NCBI GenBank assembly: GCA_964402425.1
Contig: CAYOCD010000005.1
Span: forward strand, 6,064 to 70,063
Source: an uncultured Gammaproteobacteria bacterium
Lineage (GTDB): Bacteria > Patescibacteriota > Patescibacteriia > UBA9934 > GWF2-40-263
Direction: 5' to 3'
Length of the DNA: 64,000 nucleotides
Shown piece after piece: positions 20,055 to 29,388 of the stretch. The stretch's first letter is position 1, and each line of letters opens with the position of its first letter. The translations under genes were made by a program, and so were the position numbers. Under the pieces are notes generated by a model, which made no database searches, was not told the DNA's origin, and worked only from the letters and a program-made list of their open reading frames with translations.

Positions 20055-20531
20055 TCAATCTATCTTGTTGACCGCGTGCTCTGCAGAGAGTCTTCGTGAT
20101 GAAATTAAAAGGAGAACGACACCAAGAACAATGAGAAGATCTGAAAGATTGAGAGCGGATCTTCCGAAGAAGATTAAGTAGTCGACGGTAAAACCATAAA
20201 AAATACGATCAAAAACATTTCCAACCGCACCGATTAATATAAGTGCACTTGAGAAAGCGATTTTAGGATGCGCTTTCACATTTTTGATGATCATGTCTAC
20301 TAAAAAATAACCGATGACAAGCGAGATTAATAAAATAAACTCTCGGCGAAAGGGGATATCAAACGCAAGCCCCCAATTTTTGTGAATTGCTAAATTCAAA
20401 ATGCTTGGATTGGTGAGGGTGCTTTCATCAGGAAAGTTCGTGAGAGCAAACGCTTTAATCCATTCATCTAATCCAACAAGAAGAATTGCTGGGAGGAGAA
20501 ACCAATAAAGATGTTTTGAAAAGTTTTTCAC
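20055..20531 (-). CDS. lspA: lipoprotein signal peptidase II
   Basis: 158 aa, four TM helices; NWGLAF and GAVGNVFDR...FTVDYL motifs. Confidence 0.85.
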   Translation of the reverse strand: MKNFSKHLYWFLLPAILLVGLDEWIKAFALTNFPDESTLTNPSILNLAIHKNWGLAFDIPFRREFILLISLVIGYFLVDMIIKNVKAHPKIAFSSALILIGAVGNVFDRIFYGFTVDYLIFFGRSALNLSDLLIVLGVVLLLISSRRLSAEHAVNKID

Positions 20532-20902
20532 ACTTCTTGTGTAAGGGTTTTTTTACATTGGATACAGGAACTTGAGGTTGGGCGCGCAAGAAGACGACGT
20601 TCATCGATTGGGAGATGACAGTATTTACACACACCATAATCACCCTTCTCAATCTGTTTAAGGGTAGATTCAACATCACGAAGTGCTTTTTCGAGCTCGT
20701 CTTCTAAAGAGAGGTTGTCAGAAAATTGTGCAACCTCAGAAGCATTTTCATCTTCTCCTTCTCCGTTGTTTGGGAAATCGGTTTGAAAATGATCATCCGA
20801 TGTTTTTGTATTTCTATGGGAAAATTTGGAGAGCTCTGTTTCAAGACGCAATTTTTCCGCCTCTAAAAGTGTTTTTGCTTTCGCAACAAGTTCCTTTTTC
20901 AT
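20528..20902 (-). CDS. DksA/TraR-family C4 zinc-finger protein
   Basis: Coiled-coil N-terminus plus C-terminal CKYCHLPIDERRLLARPTSSSCIQCK. Confidence 0.7.
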   Translation of the reverse strand: MKKELVAKAKTLLEAEKLRLETELSKFSHRNTKTSDDHFQTDFPNNGEGEDENASEVAQFSDNLSLEDELEKALRDVESTLKQIEKGDYGVCKYCHLPIDERRLLARPTSSSCIQCKKTLTQEV

Positions 20903-20996
20903 AGATTTGTGATGGAAAATCACCACCATTCATTTCTTTAATACTGAAAGTGTAGCATAAATAAGGAAAAGAAGATATGTTTGTTGAATTTTTGGT

Positions 20997-21020
20997 AAAA
21001 AAAAAGCCCCCGAAGGGGCC
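20997..21020 (-). terminator. rho-independent terminator closing the unassigned transcription unit
   Basis: Minus-strand GGCCCCTTCGGGGGC followed by TTTTTTTTT. Confidence 0.6.
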
Positions 21021-21365
21021 AGAAAATGAATGTGTCCGGCCCAGATATCGGGTTTTGTGCTCAACTTGTTTGAGAACGAAACTCGACATCCGCACCGGTA
21101 CAGCGTCTTCATTTTGAAGAGAGGCTCTTGTCACCTACCATTCAATGGTTTTACCCAGGCGAAGGTCGCAAGGATCTTCATAGTTTGGGCGAACCTAGAT
21201 CTGTTCGATTTTGTTTTTGTTTTTAATCAGAACAGTAGATGTGCGTGAGATCATATTTCCAGAATCATAATTCAAGCGTGGGGAGCTTGCCGACAGCTTT
21301 GGTCGGGATTGAGGAGGATCTCAGAGATGGAAAAGGTACGAAGTGATGTTTCACGATCACGTATC
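21021..21365 (-). ncRNA. unassigned roughly 350-nt transcription unit (candidate structured ncRNA)
   Basis: Minus-strand promoter TTGACC-17-TATTAT (about 21395-21367), no convincing ORF, and a strong terminator at 21020-20997. Checked by eye against tmRNA ends, RNase P P4 and the SRP domain IV motif; none found. Confidence 0.25.
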
Positions 21366-21419
21366 TATAATATCAAAAAATGACCTAAAGGTCAATCAAT
21401 CCTTTTTTGCTTTAATGAG

Positions 21420-21465
21420 ATAAAAAATGAGGTTGTGAAGCAATTTGTTGTTCACAACCTCATTT
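21420..21465 (-). terminator. terminator of the 21520 gene
   Basis: 15-bp perfect stem AAATGAGGTTGTGAA/TTCACAACCTCATTT followed by TTTTTT on the minus strand. Confidence 0.65.
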
Positions 21466-21519
21466 ATGTTTGAAAAGTTATCCACACTTTATACTACTTA
21501 TCCCATATTTATCCACAAC

Positions 21520-22809
21520 CTACTTACATAAGTGTATTGTGGTCGAAAACCACCCTGTTTTTACTCCGATACTTGAGAAATTCTGTGCAAAAAGCAAAAG
21601 AGGACTCGTGTTTGGGGAATGTGTATATTGATTTTGCATTTCCACAAGAGGTTGAAGGTTGATGCCGGCCACGTTACCTGAACAAATTTTGTTGATCGAT
21701 GTATTTCCTTCTTGTGCACGAAAAAGATTTTCCCTATTTGTTATGAAAACCTCTTTCTTTTTTGTGATTCCAGCAAGAATATCTGTGTTATTGATTTGAA
21801 TGCGATTTACTTGAGTTCCAAGCAAAGTGATTTGCTCTACGGAAATGGAATCGGTGTTTGCGACAAGTTCTTTAATAGAAGAACCGTCACTTAAAAATGT
21901 TTCTTGAATTTTTGGTGTATTTAATGCACGTATTTCTCGAAGAGCTTGTTCTGTATTTACTGCGTTTTTCGTACTCGTTTCTTTTGTTGAAAGAAAGAAT
22001 CCAATTCCTTGATCATCTTTTGTGAGAATAACTTGGCTTTTTTCTGTTGGAAGCATTGATAGATAGTGTAAAAATTGTGGATCAAGAACGGATTGCATGA
22101 GAGGGAGAAATGGCTCTAAGAAGTCTTTTGTTGTATTTGGCAAGAGTGGATTAGACAAATAGGCAATTGTCTCTTTTGGAATATGTTTTAATACAGGAAT
22201 GTTGTGTTGTGATTTTGGTAAAGAGATAAGAATGCGATTTTTTGTTGCGTACAGAAAAGATCTGTGTGATTGGTTTGTATCGATAAGTTCACCAATCCAC
22301 TGACGCCCTGGAAATGAAATACCTGGAATAATTTTTGCCCGTACCGAAATAGGCTTCAAAACCTCATGTTTTTCTGTGAACAAAACGATTCCTTTTTTAA
22401 TGGGCTGTACCGTAATCGATTGTGAATCAAGAAGTGATTGAGGGAGGGGTGTTTTTCCTGTTCGGATAGCAACAGACCGTGAACCATCTGCCTGTAAAAA
22501 GATAACAAATTCTCCCGAGATGTATTGAGATATATCTGAAAAAACAACAGATCGGTTTGAAATAAGAGGAAAATTCTTTGTTACAGATTCAACAGATCCC
22601 CCTTTTTTCCCACTGGTAAATAAGCGTACAGCCATGACAGTATTTTCTGGAGCGGCTGATAAAATCGTATCGCGTGTGAGCCAAAGAGTGAAAATCCAAC
22701 TTATTCCGACTGAAAGAAGTACCACTCCGAACGCCAGAAGCCAAACAACCCACCGAGTTCGGCGGGTTGTTTTGGAGTTTCTAGAGAGTGGAATGTTAAG
22801 GTGTTGCAT
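21520..22809 (-). CDS. hypothetical membrane-anchored protein (roughly 430 aa, single N-terminal TM)
   Basis: Long ORF with N-terminal hydrophobic helix WVVWLLAFGVVLLSVGISWIF; no recognisable family; overlaps the pnp stop slightly. Confidence 0.5.
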   Translation of the reverse strand: MQHLNIPLSRNSKTTRRTRWVVWLLAFGVVLLSVGISWIFTLWLTRDTILSAAPENTVMAVRLFTSGKKGGSVESVTKNFPLISNRSVVFSDISQYISGEFVIFLQADGSRSVAIRTGKTPLPQSLLDSQSITVQPIKKGIVLFTEKHEVLKPISVRAKIIPGISFPGRQWIGELIDTNQSHRSFLYATKNRILISLPKSQHNIPVLKHIPKETIAYLSNPLLPNTTKDFLEPFLPLMQSVLDPQFLHYLSMLPTEKSQVILTKDDQGIGFFLSTKETSTKNAVNTEQALREIRALNTPKIQETFLSDGSSIKELVANTDSISVEQITLLGTQVNRIQINNTDILAGITKKKEVFITNRENLFRAQEGNTSINKICSGNVAGINLQPLVEMQNQYTHSPNTSPLLLFAQNFSSIGVKTGWFSTTIHLCK

Positions 22810-25042
22810 TTTTCTTGAAGAATGGGCGCTTTGGACGGTCACCGGATCCTCCAGCTGCTGGAGGTCTTGGTGTTCCGCCCGCGCTTGGTGCTGGGCGTTC
22901 CGGATAAACGTTTCCAGGAGCCTCCTTCATGGAGAGACTGATCTTTCCATCTGGGTTGATCTCCATAACCTTTACAAAGACCACTTGGCCCATTTTTACA
23001 ATATCAGTTACGTTTTCAACGCGCCATGGGGCCATATTGCTTACATGAACCATTCCGTCTTTCTTTGGTAAGAACTCAACGATTGCACCAAAGTCCATCA
23101 CACGAACGACTTTTCCTTGATACACTTCGCCAACTTTTGCTTCGCGTGTCAAAGATTCGATCCAGGCTTTGGCTTGGTCGGCTCCATTTGAGTCTTTTGA
23201 TGTAATCATGACAAGTCCATCTTCTTCAATGTCGATCGCTTGGACGCCTGTTGTTGCAATGATCTCATTGATCATCTTTCCACCAGGACCAATTACAGAA
23301 CCAATAGATTCTGGGTTGATGCGAAGGGTGATGATACGCGGTGCGTAAGGTGAAAGATCTGGACGATGTGTGGTGATTGTGGCTGCCATCACATCAAGGA
23401 TCTTCAAGCGTGCTTCGCGTGCTTGGTTCACGGCTTGCGTAACCATTTCACGTGAAAGTCCTTTTGTTTTTGTATCCATTTGAATTGCTGTAATTCCGTC
23501 GCGGGATCCAGCGATCTTAAAGTCCATTCCTCCTTCACCATCTTCCAAATCTTGAAGGTCGGTCAAAACTTTGAATCGTCCCTTGTCGTCAGAGGCGAGT
23601 CCCATAGCAATTCCAGCCACAGGTGCTTTAATAGGAACTCCAGCGTCCATAAGGGCGAGTGTTGATCCACAGGTGGATGCCATTGAGCTTGATCCATTTG
23701 ATCCAAAAACTTCGGATACTGCGCGAATTGTATAGGGAAATACTTCTTTGTCCGGCATCATTCCGCGAAGAGCTTTTTCCGCGAGTCCACCATGACCAAT
23801 ATCACGACGAGATGGTCCACGAAGTGGTTTTACTTCTCCAACAGAGAATGGAGGAAAATTGTAGTGGTGGAAGTAGCGTTTTGTTCCAACTGTTTCCATT
23901 CCATCTAATGTTTGTTCGTCGCCAGGTGCGCCGAGGGTGATAACAGTAAGGACTTGTGTTTCTCCGCGCATGAAGTGTCCTGTTCCGTGTACACGTGGAA
24001 GTAATTGAACTTCCGCGAGAAGTGTTCGAATTTCATCCAATCCTCGACCATCGACACGTTTGTTGTCTTCAATGACGGCACGCGTGAGTTCGCTTTCAAG
24101 AACTTCAATCACGATATCTGTTCCATATTTGATTTGATCTTTTTCGACCCCTTTATCAATCAAGAATTGTTTTGTGCGTGTTTTTAATTCCGATTTCTGT
24201 GCAGAACGCTCTCCTTTTGTTGCTTGCGGTGCTTTGAAGAAAAGTTCCTTCACTTGTTCAAGGATGTAAGGACGAACCATATCCTCTACGGTTTTGCGAG
24301 CGGCGACAATTGCTTTTTCTTCTTCTGTTTTTGGAGAAAGCAAATCCACTTTTGTTTTACCTGCTGCTTTTACAACCTGATTGATAAGTTCTATTGGTTC
24401 TTTCAAATGTTTTTGTCCAAACCAGAATGCTTCCAAGACAACATTTTCTGGGGCTTCATTTGCTCCGGCTTCCACCATGATGATGGATTCGGTTGTTCCT
24501 GCGAAGGCGAGGTCGAGAAGTGATTTTTCGCGCGCTTCGTAGCTTGGGTTCAAAACCCATTCTCCGCCGATTTGTCCGACGCGTGTGCATCCGATTGGGC
24601 CATCCCATGGAATATCTGACATCGCGAGGGCACAGCTTCCGCCGATAAGCCCAAGAACATCTGGGTCGTTTTCGCCATCAAACGCGAGACAAGTGACAAT
24701 GACCTGAATGTCATTACGGATATCTTGGTTAAATAAAGGACGAAGAGCGCGATCAATGAAACGCGCCGTAAGAATGGCTTCGTCGGTTGGTCGTCCTTCT
24801 GTTTTCATGAAACGGGAGCCTTTGATGCGTCCTGCGGCATAAAGTTTTTCTTCGTAGTCAACCATGAGCGGAAGATAATCAATTCCATCACGCTTGTTTG
24901 AGCTGAGTGTTGCGGTTGCAAGAACAACCGTTTCTCCATATTGCACGAGACAAGCGCCGTTTGCTTGTGCTGCGTATTTTCCGACTTCGATCGACAAGGT
25001 TTTTCCGCCCCATTGTGTTTCGAACTTTTGGATTTTGTTCAT
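22796..25042 (-). CDS. pnp: polynucleotide phosphorylase
   Basis: 748 aa; two RNase PH domains, KH and S1; low-complexity Pro/Gly-rich basic C-terminal tail. Confidence 0.93.
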   Translation of the reverse strand: MNKIQKFETQWGGKTLSIEVGKYAAQANGACLVQYGETVVLATATLSSNKRDGIDYLPLMVDYEEKLYAAGRIKGSRFMKTEGRPTDEAILTARFIDRALRPLFNQDIRNDIQVIVTCLAFDGENDPDVLGLIGGSCALAMSDIPWDGPIGCTRVGQIGGEWVLNPSYEAREKSLLDLAFAGTTESIIMVEAGANEAPENVVLEAFWFGQKHLKEPIELINQVVKAAGKTKVDLLSPKTEEEKAIVAARKTVEDMVRPYILEQVKELFFKAPQATKGERSAQKSELKTRTKQFLIDKGVEKDQIKYGTDIVIEVLESELTRAVIEDNKRVDGRGLDEIRTLLAEVQLLPRVHGTGHFMRGETQVLTVITLGAPGDEQTLDGMETVGTKRYFHHYNFPPFSVGEVKPLRGPSRRDIGHGGLAEKALRGMMPDKEVFPYTIRAVSEVFGSNGSSSMASTCGSTLALMDAGVPIKAPVAGIAMGLASDDKGRFKVLTDLQDLEDGEGGMDFKIAGSRDGITAIQMDTKTKGLSREMVTQAVNQAREARLKILDVMAATITTHRPDLSPYAPRIITLRINPESIGSVIGPGGKMINEIIATTGVQAIDIEEDGLVMITSKDSNGADQAKAWIESLTREAKVGEVYQGKVVRVMDFGAIVEFLPKKDGMVHVSNMAPWRVENVTDIVKMGQVVFVKVMEINPDGKISLSMKEAPGNVYPERPAPSAGGTPRPPAAGGSGDRPKRPFFKKNATP

Positions 25043-25171
25043 ATGTGTTGATTCTGCAGAAGCGTAAGATGTCGAGCAATTTCTCGAGATCTCGTTGTCT
25101 CTGCAGAATCGGGTTAATGGTTAGTCCGTGTAAGGTCTGTGATGTGCACAGACCTCTCACTGCATAATCAT
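25043..25171 (-). promoter_or_regulatory. structured pnp leader
   Basis: Two hairpins: AGGTCTGTG-CACATC-ACAGACCT and CTGCAGA...TCTGCAG. By established knowledge, pnp leaders are RNase III-processed. Confidence 0.35.
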
Positions 25172-25867
25172 TTAAAATTCGAGTCGTCGTCCACGAACAT
25201 CTTCTTGATCTTCTTTTGCGCTGGATGGCATAAAAAATCCTTGCGTTTCTTGTTCTACCTCATGTTCTTCATCTATATCATTTGAATCTGGAGGTGCAAG
25301 ATATTCCGGCTCATCATTGTAGGTTGGTTTTGCGTCATGTGATGACTTTTTCTCATATGCAGGCTTGAGAGCAGGCCCAATGAGATAGCGTTTTTTATTT
25401 TGTGACATGTCTCTGTGGGCATCCACCGCTTCTGTCAGAATGGAGGAGGTGGTTTCACCAAAGCTAATCAATTCTACGATGCGGCCGCGCGCTTGGCAAA
25501 ATTGTACAAGTGGCGCGTAGTCTCCATCACCAGACACAAGGACTACAACATCGAGCATGTCGAGCATACGAACGACATCAATAGTGAGTCCAACATCCCA
25601 ATCCCCTTTTTTATGGCCGGAAGCATACTCAATGAGATCTTTTTCACGAAGCTCGATCCCCGCCTTTTCAAGAGCATCGAAGAACGGACGACCTTCTTCA
25701 CCTTTTGTGCGGATGACATACGCCATTGCACGAATGAGTCGGCGTCCACCTGTTGCGTCTTCTACGATGTGTTTAAAGTCTACCTTGCGTTTAAAAAGAT
25801 AACGCGCGGAGTAATACATGTTTTGTGTGTCGATGAAAATGCCGACACGTTGGTCTGGGTGTTGCAT
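25172..25867 (-). CDS. NYN/LabA-like (PIN-fold) domain protein
   Basis: VGIFIDTQNMYY...GDWDVGLTIDVVRML...VLVSGDGDYAPLVQ; acidic C-terminal tail. Confidence 0.75.
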   Translation of the reverse strand: MQHPDQRVGIFIDTQNMYYSARYLFKRKVDFKHIVEDATGGRRLIRAMAYVIRTKGEEGRPFFDALEKAGIELREKDLIEYASGHKKGDWDVGLTIDVVRMLDMLDVVVLVSGDGDYAPLVQFCQARGRIVELISFGETTSSILTEAVDAHRDMSQNKKRYLIGPALKPAYEKKSSHDAKPTYNDEPEYLAPPDSNDIDEEHEVEQETQGFFMPSSAKEDQEDVRGRRLEF

Positions 25868-25945
25868 AAAAAAATGAAATGAATGAAAGGGCGAAAAAAA
25901 GGGTGTATAGCAAAGCGCACGAAAAAAAGTGTGTGCGAGAAAAAG

Positions 25946-25980
25946 TCAAAACCTCGCCTTGAAGGGCGAGGCTTTTTATT
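25946..25980. terminator. hairpin between rpsO and the NYN gene
   Basis: CCTCGCC-TTGAAG-GGCGAGG followed by CTTTTTATT, with an A-run upstream. Confidence 0.5.
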
Positions 25981-26242
25981 ACTTCAATTCCAATTCTTTT
26001 TTGAGTTTCAAAAACGCTTTTGCATCTTCGCGCTCAAGGTATTTGAGCAAGCGACGACGTTCGTTTACTTTTTTGATAAGTCCACGGCGTGATGAAAAAT
26101 CTTTTTTGTGATCTTTCAAGTGATCTGTAAGCTCAGAGATTTCTGAGGTCAAAATAGCAATCTGCACTTGTGGTGAACCTGTGTCAGACGCGTGCGTGCG
26201 AAACTTCTCAATAATTTTGAGTTTCTTTTTAACATCGAGCAT
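25979..26242 (-). CDS. rpsO: 30S ribosomal protein S15
   Basis: 87 aa; MLDVKKKLKIIEKFRTHASDTGSPQVQIAILTSEISELTDHLK... Confidence 0.9.
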   Translation of the reverse strand: MLDVKKKLKIIEKFRTHASDTGSPQVQIAILTSEISELTDHLKDHKKDFSSRRGLIKKVNERRRLLKYLEREDAKAFLKLKKELELK

Positions 26243-26357
26243 ATCTTTGTAAATTCATGCCGCCTAACCGAGAACCGGGAGCTCAATCCCGAAACCGAGT
26301 CAGGGGCCTGTGAGTTATGGGGGCATAATAAGGAAAATAGTCGACCTTGTCAATGGC

Positions 26358-26687
26358 CTATTGATACAACAAAATGCCGACAACAACTCCAATATCAACA
26401 AAAACCATGAGTATGTTAGGAAACCAGATAGGGGCTGCTTTGTGAAGCCAGCCGTAATAGGTCCAATAACAAGCGCTTACAAGATAGGTTACCCAGGTAA
26501 CAAGAGAAAGATTGGAAGCATTATGATGAACAAAAATCGTGACGAATTGTGGAATGGTGAGAAGAGGAACAACAACAGAGAGATAAGCAAAGCGATCCAC
26601 AAAACGGATAAACGATTTTTGAGTTGGTTTCAAAACTGATTCTTTACCTGTCTGTTTGCTCGCATGAAGATGATGAAGTCCGTTCAT
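26358..26687 (-). CDS. SemiSWEET / PQ-loop small sugar transporter (3 TM)
   Basis: ...TIPQFVTIFVHHNASNLSLVTWVTYLVSACYWTYYGWL...APIWFPN... aligns with bacterial SemiSWEET (PQ motif in TM1, W..YG). Confidence 0.6.
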   Translation of the reverse strand: MNGLHHLHASKQTGKESVLKPTQKSFIRFVDRFAYLSVVVPLLTIPQFVTIFVHHNASNLSLVTWVTYLVSACYWTYYGWLHKAAPIWFPNILMVFVDIGVVVGILLYQ

Positions 26688-26737
26688 AAAAGAGAAGAGA
26701 GAAAAGTATTTCCTAATGTTTGCTATAATACCATCCT

Positions 26738-27946
26738 ATGCAAGCTCATGATACGCGTCCCGCATTTTCTCATACGCATCGATTTTCGTTTGGACATACA
26801 CGAGCGCTTCCAACGCTCGCTCTCAATCGCCTGCTCGCCTTTGCTGCGTCGAGCATCATCGGACTTTTTCTTCCGATTTTTTTATTTGAGTTTTTTGATC
26901 GTTCTATTTTTGCTGTTCTGTTGTTTTATCTTGCAGATCAGCTCCTTAAGTTGCCGTTTTATGTGCCTGGTGCAAAATTATTTTCAAAAATTGGTTTAAC
27001 AAAGAGCATGATGATTGGGGTGATCGGACTTTCCGTTTTTTATTTTGTGTTTTTTTTGCTTGGATCACATAGTTCTATTCAACCACTCGTACTTATGGCA
27101 ATTGGGCTTGTATCCCTCATGATCACAAGTACACTTTATTGGTCTCCGTTTCATATTGATTTTGCAGAATTTTCGACAAAAGAAAAACGCGGGCGACAAG
27201 TGAGTGCTCTTTTTGTGATGCAGCATATTATTGGAGTGATCGGACCGATTGTTTCTGGTTTGATTATTCTTTATTACGGATATCGAGCAACGTTTATGGT
27301 TGGGTTTATTTTAGTGCTTTTTTCACTTGTTCCATTATTGTTTTTACCAAAACAAACGGTTCAATATGAATTTGGATATTGGCAAAGTTTTCGAGAATTG
27401 TTTTCAAAACGATTTCGTTCCATGTCATTTTCCATGATGGCTTTTGGAGCAGAAAATACGATTGGAATTGTTGTGTGGCCTATTTTTCTTTATACCCTTT
27501 TTAACGGAGATTATCTTGATATTGGTATTTTTTCCGCGGTTATTATTGTTGTAACGCTTTTGTTTCAGATTTTTGTTGGAAAAGAAACAGATAAAGTTTC
27601 TGCACAACGTATGCTTCGTATTGGGACGGGGTTATATGCGATTGGATGGATCTGGAAAGGACTTGTTCAAACAGTCGTTGGTGTGTTTGCAGCCTCCACG
27701 TTTCATAGTCTTGGATCGATTTTCTTGCAAACACCTATGGATGCGCTTACATATGAACAGGCGGCTGATGCAGGGCATTACATTGATGAATATACGGTTT
27801 TGCGTGAGATGTCTTTGAATATTGGTCGCATTTTAATTCTTGTGTTCCTGCTCATTTTAAGTCTTTCATTTTCTATCTCTGTTTCTTTTTTTGTCGCGGC
27901 AGTGATTTCACTTGGGATCAATCGTCTATCCCATGTTGTGACGTAA
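26738..27946 (+). CDS. MFS transporter
   Basis: 402 aa, about 12 TM helices. Confidence 0.75.
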   Translation: MQAHDTRPAFSHTHRFSFGHTRALPTLALNRLLAFAASSIIGLFLPIFLFEFFDRSIFAVLLFYLADQLLKLPFYVPGAKLFSKIGLTKSMMIGVIGLSVFYFVFFLLGSHSSIQPLVLMAIGLVSLMITSTLYWSPFHIDFAEFSTKEKRGRQVSALFVMQHIIGVIGPIVSGLIILYYGYRATFMVGFILVLFSLVPLLFLPKQTVQYEFGYWQSFRELFSKRFRSMSFSMMAFGAENTIGIVVWPIFLYTLFNGDYLDIGIFSAVIIVVTLLFQIFVGKETDKVSAQRMLRIGTGLYAIGWIWKGLVQTVVGVFAASTFHSLGSIFLQTPMDALTYEQAADAGHYIDEYTVLREMSLNIGRILILVFLLILSLSFSISVSFFVAAVISLGINRLSHVVT

Positions 27947-27950
27947 ACAA

Positions 27951-27985
27951 AAAAACATCCCGGGTCAGGGATGTTTTTTTGTTTA
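27951..27985. terminator. bidirectional terminator
   Basis: ACATCCC-GGGTCA-GGGATGT flanked by AAAAAAA and TTTTTTTG. Confidence 0.6.
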
Positions 27986-28056
27986 CGCATAAGCTCCTTC
28001 GTCGTGTCTCCTCAGGATAACGCGGCGGCGTGAGCGAAAGACTATTTATGGCCGCG

Positions 28057-28812
28057 TTATTTTCCAAGAGCTTTATCGATCGCTGCGGAAAGTGTTGCTT
28101 CTGGAACGGCTCCAGTGATTGGTGTTGCACTTCCGTCTTTTCCAATAACGAACGTTCCTGGGGTTCCGTTTACTCCTGCAGCTCCACCAGCTGCAGCTTG
28201 ATTCTGAACTTTTGTGAGATATTTCTTTGAGCTTACACAATCGTTGAACTTATTCATGTTCAACTTGTTGTCTCCTGCAACTTTCTTATAGAAATCTGCA
28301 TTGAGGGAATCTTGGTTTTGAAACATGGCGTCATGGAATTCCCAGAACTTTCCTTGTTCCGCCGCACATTCAGATGCAAGAGCGGCAGGTTCTGCTTGTG
28401 GGTGAAAGGAAAGAGGAAAATGACGGAAAACTAATCGAACTTGATCTTTATATTTTGCCATGACGGAATCAAGAGTTGGGGTGAATGCTCCACAGTATGG
28501 ACACTCGAAGTCGGAGTATTCAATCAGGGTGATAGGAGCTTTCTTGTTTCCTTTGATGTGGTCGTCATCGGATACAGTTGGAACAGTCCCTGTTGGGAGA
28601 GGCGCAGCTGCATCTGAAGGGTCGTTGTTAACAGCGATGGTATTTCCATTATTTGTTTCTGACGCAAGGCTGCCGATTGAGCAGCTGCCGCGGAACATAC
28701 AGGTTGCAAGTAAGATAAATCCAAGGGTTCCGATTCCAAGAATAGATGCACCGACACCAATCCAGAACGCTGTTTTTGATGGGATAACATCAAATAAATT
28801 TTGTTTTTCCAT
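28057..28812 (-). CDS. DsbA-family thiol:disulfide oxidoreductase
   Basis: N-terminal TM, CPYC active site, thioredoxin fold. Confidence 0.85.
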   Translation of the reverse strand: MEKQNLFDVIPSKTAFWIGVGASILGIGTLGFILLATCMFRGSCSIGSLASETNNGNTIAVNNDPSDAAAPLPTGTVPTVSDDDHIKGNKKAPITLIEYSDFECPYCGAFTPTLDSVMAKYKDQVRLVFRHFPLSFHPQAEPAALASECAAEQGKFWEFHDAMFQNQDSLNADFYKKVAGDNKLNMNKFNDCVSSKKYLTKVQNQAAAGGAAGVNGTPGTFVIGKDGSATPITGAVPEATLSAAIDKALGK

Positions 28813-28865
28813 AAATAGAGTAAAAGGGATGAATAGAAAGGTGAGTTGAGACTTGTTTATTGAAG

Positions 28866-29255
28866 TTACATTCCATGTGCAGATGCCATTTGCGGAAGAA
28901 AGAGATCAAATGGAATGGGGCCTGTCCGCGATCTGATATGTTCCATTCTTCCGATGCGACCTGTGAGCCCAAGGAATCGAACGAGTGTTTTTTCCAGGAT
29001 GCGTTTTGAAAAGAAGGTGAACAGGATGGTGGTTGCGAGAAGAATGGCTGTGAGTTCTTGGCTTAGGGTAATTTCTGGGGAGTGTTTTTCTGTGTGAAGT
29101 GGAGCGGAGGCGTGTTCAACGGAGCAATAAGGACCTTGTACAAAAAAGAGTGTTCCTGTTTGTACACATCCTGCAATGTTTGCGACAAGAAAACTCATCG
29201 CAAGAAGAGCGAATATGAGACTGATCGCAAGTGATCGCGGACAAGCACGAATCAT
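28866..29255 (-). CDS. hypothetical small membrane protein next to dsbA
   Basis: 129 aa, two hydrophobic helices; lacks the DsbB/VKOR CxxC, so not called as DsbB. Confidence 0.3.
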   Translation of the reverse strand: MIRACPRSLAISLIFALLAMSFLVANIAGCVQTGTLFFVQGPYCSVEHASAPLHTEKHSPEITLSQELTAILLATTILFTFFSKRILEKTLVRFLGLTGRIGRMEHIRSRTGPIPFDLFLPQMASAHGM

Positions 29256-29388
29256 AACGAGGGAATTATAGCAGATGAAAATATGAAAAGTGAGAATGCG
29301 TCAAGATGGAGCGAATATTCGCACAGAGAGATGATGTGTCGTATAATCTGAAAACAAAGTCTAAAGGAAAAGACCAGAATCGACGATT

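Noticed and set aside
21021-21365. tmRNA, RNase P RNA or SRP RNA identity for the unassigned unit
   Set aside because: No GGGG...tRNA-like CCA end and no tag ORF ending in AA-stop. No GGAAAGUCCGG / ACAGAA-CCGGC P4 strands. No GGAAGGAAGCAGC motif. Left as unassigned.
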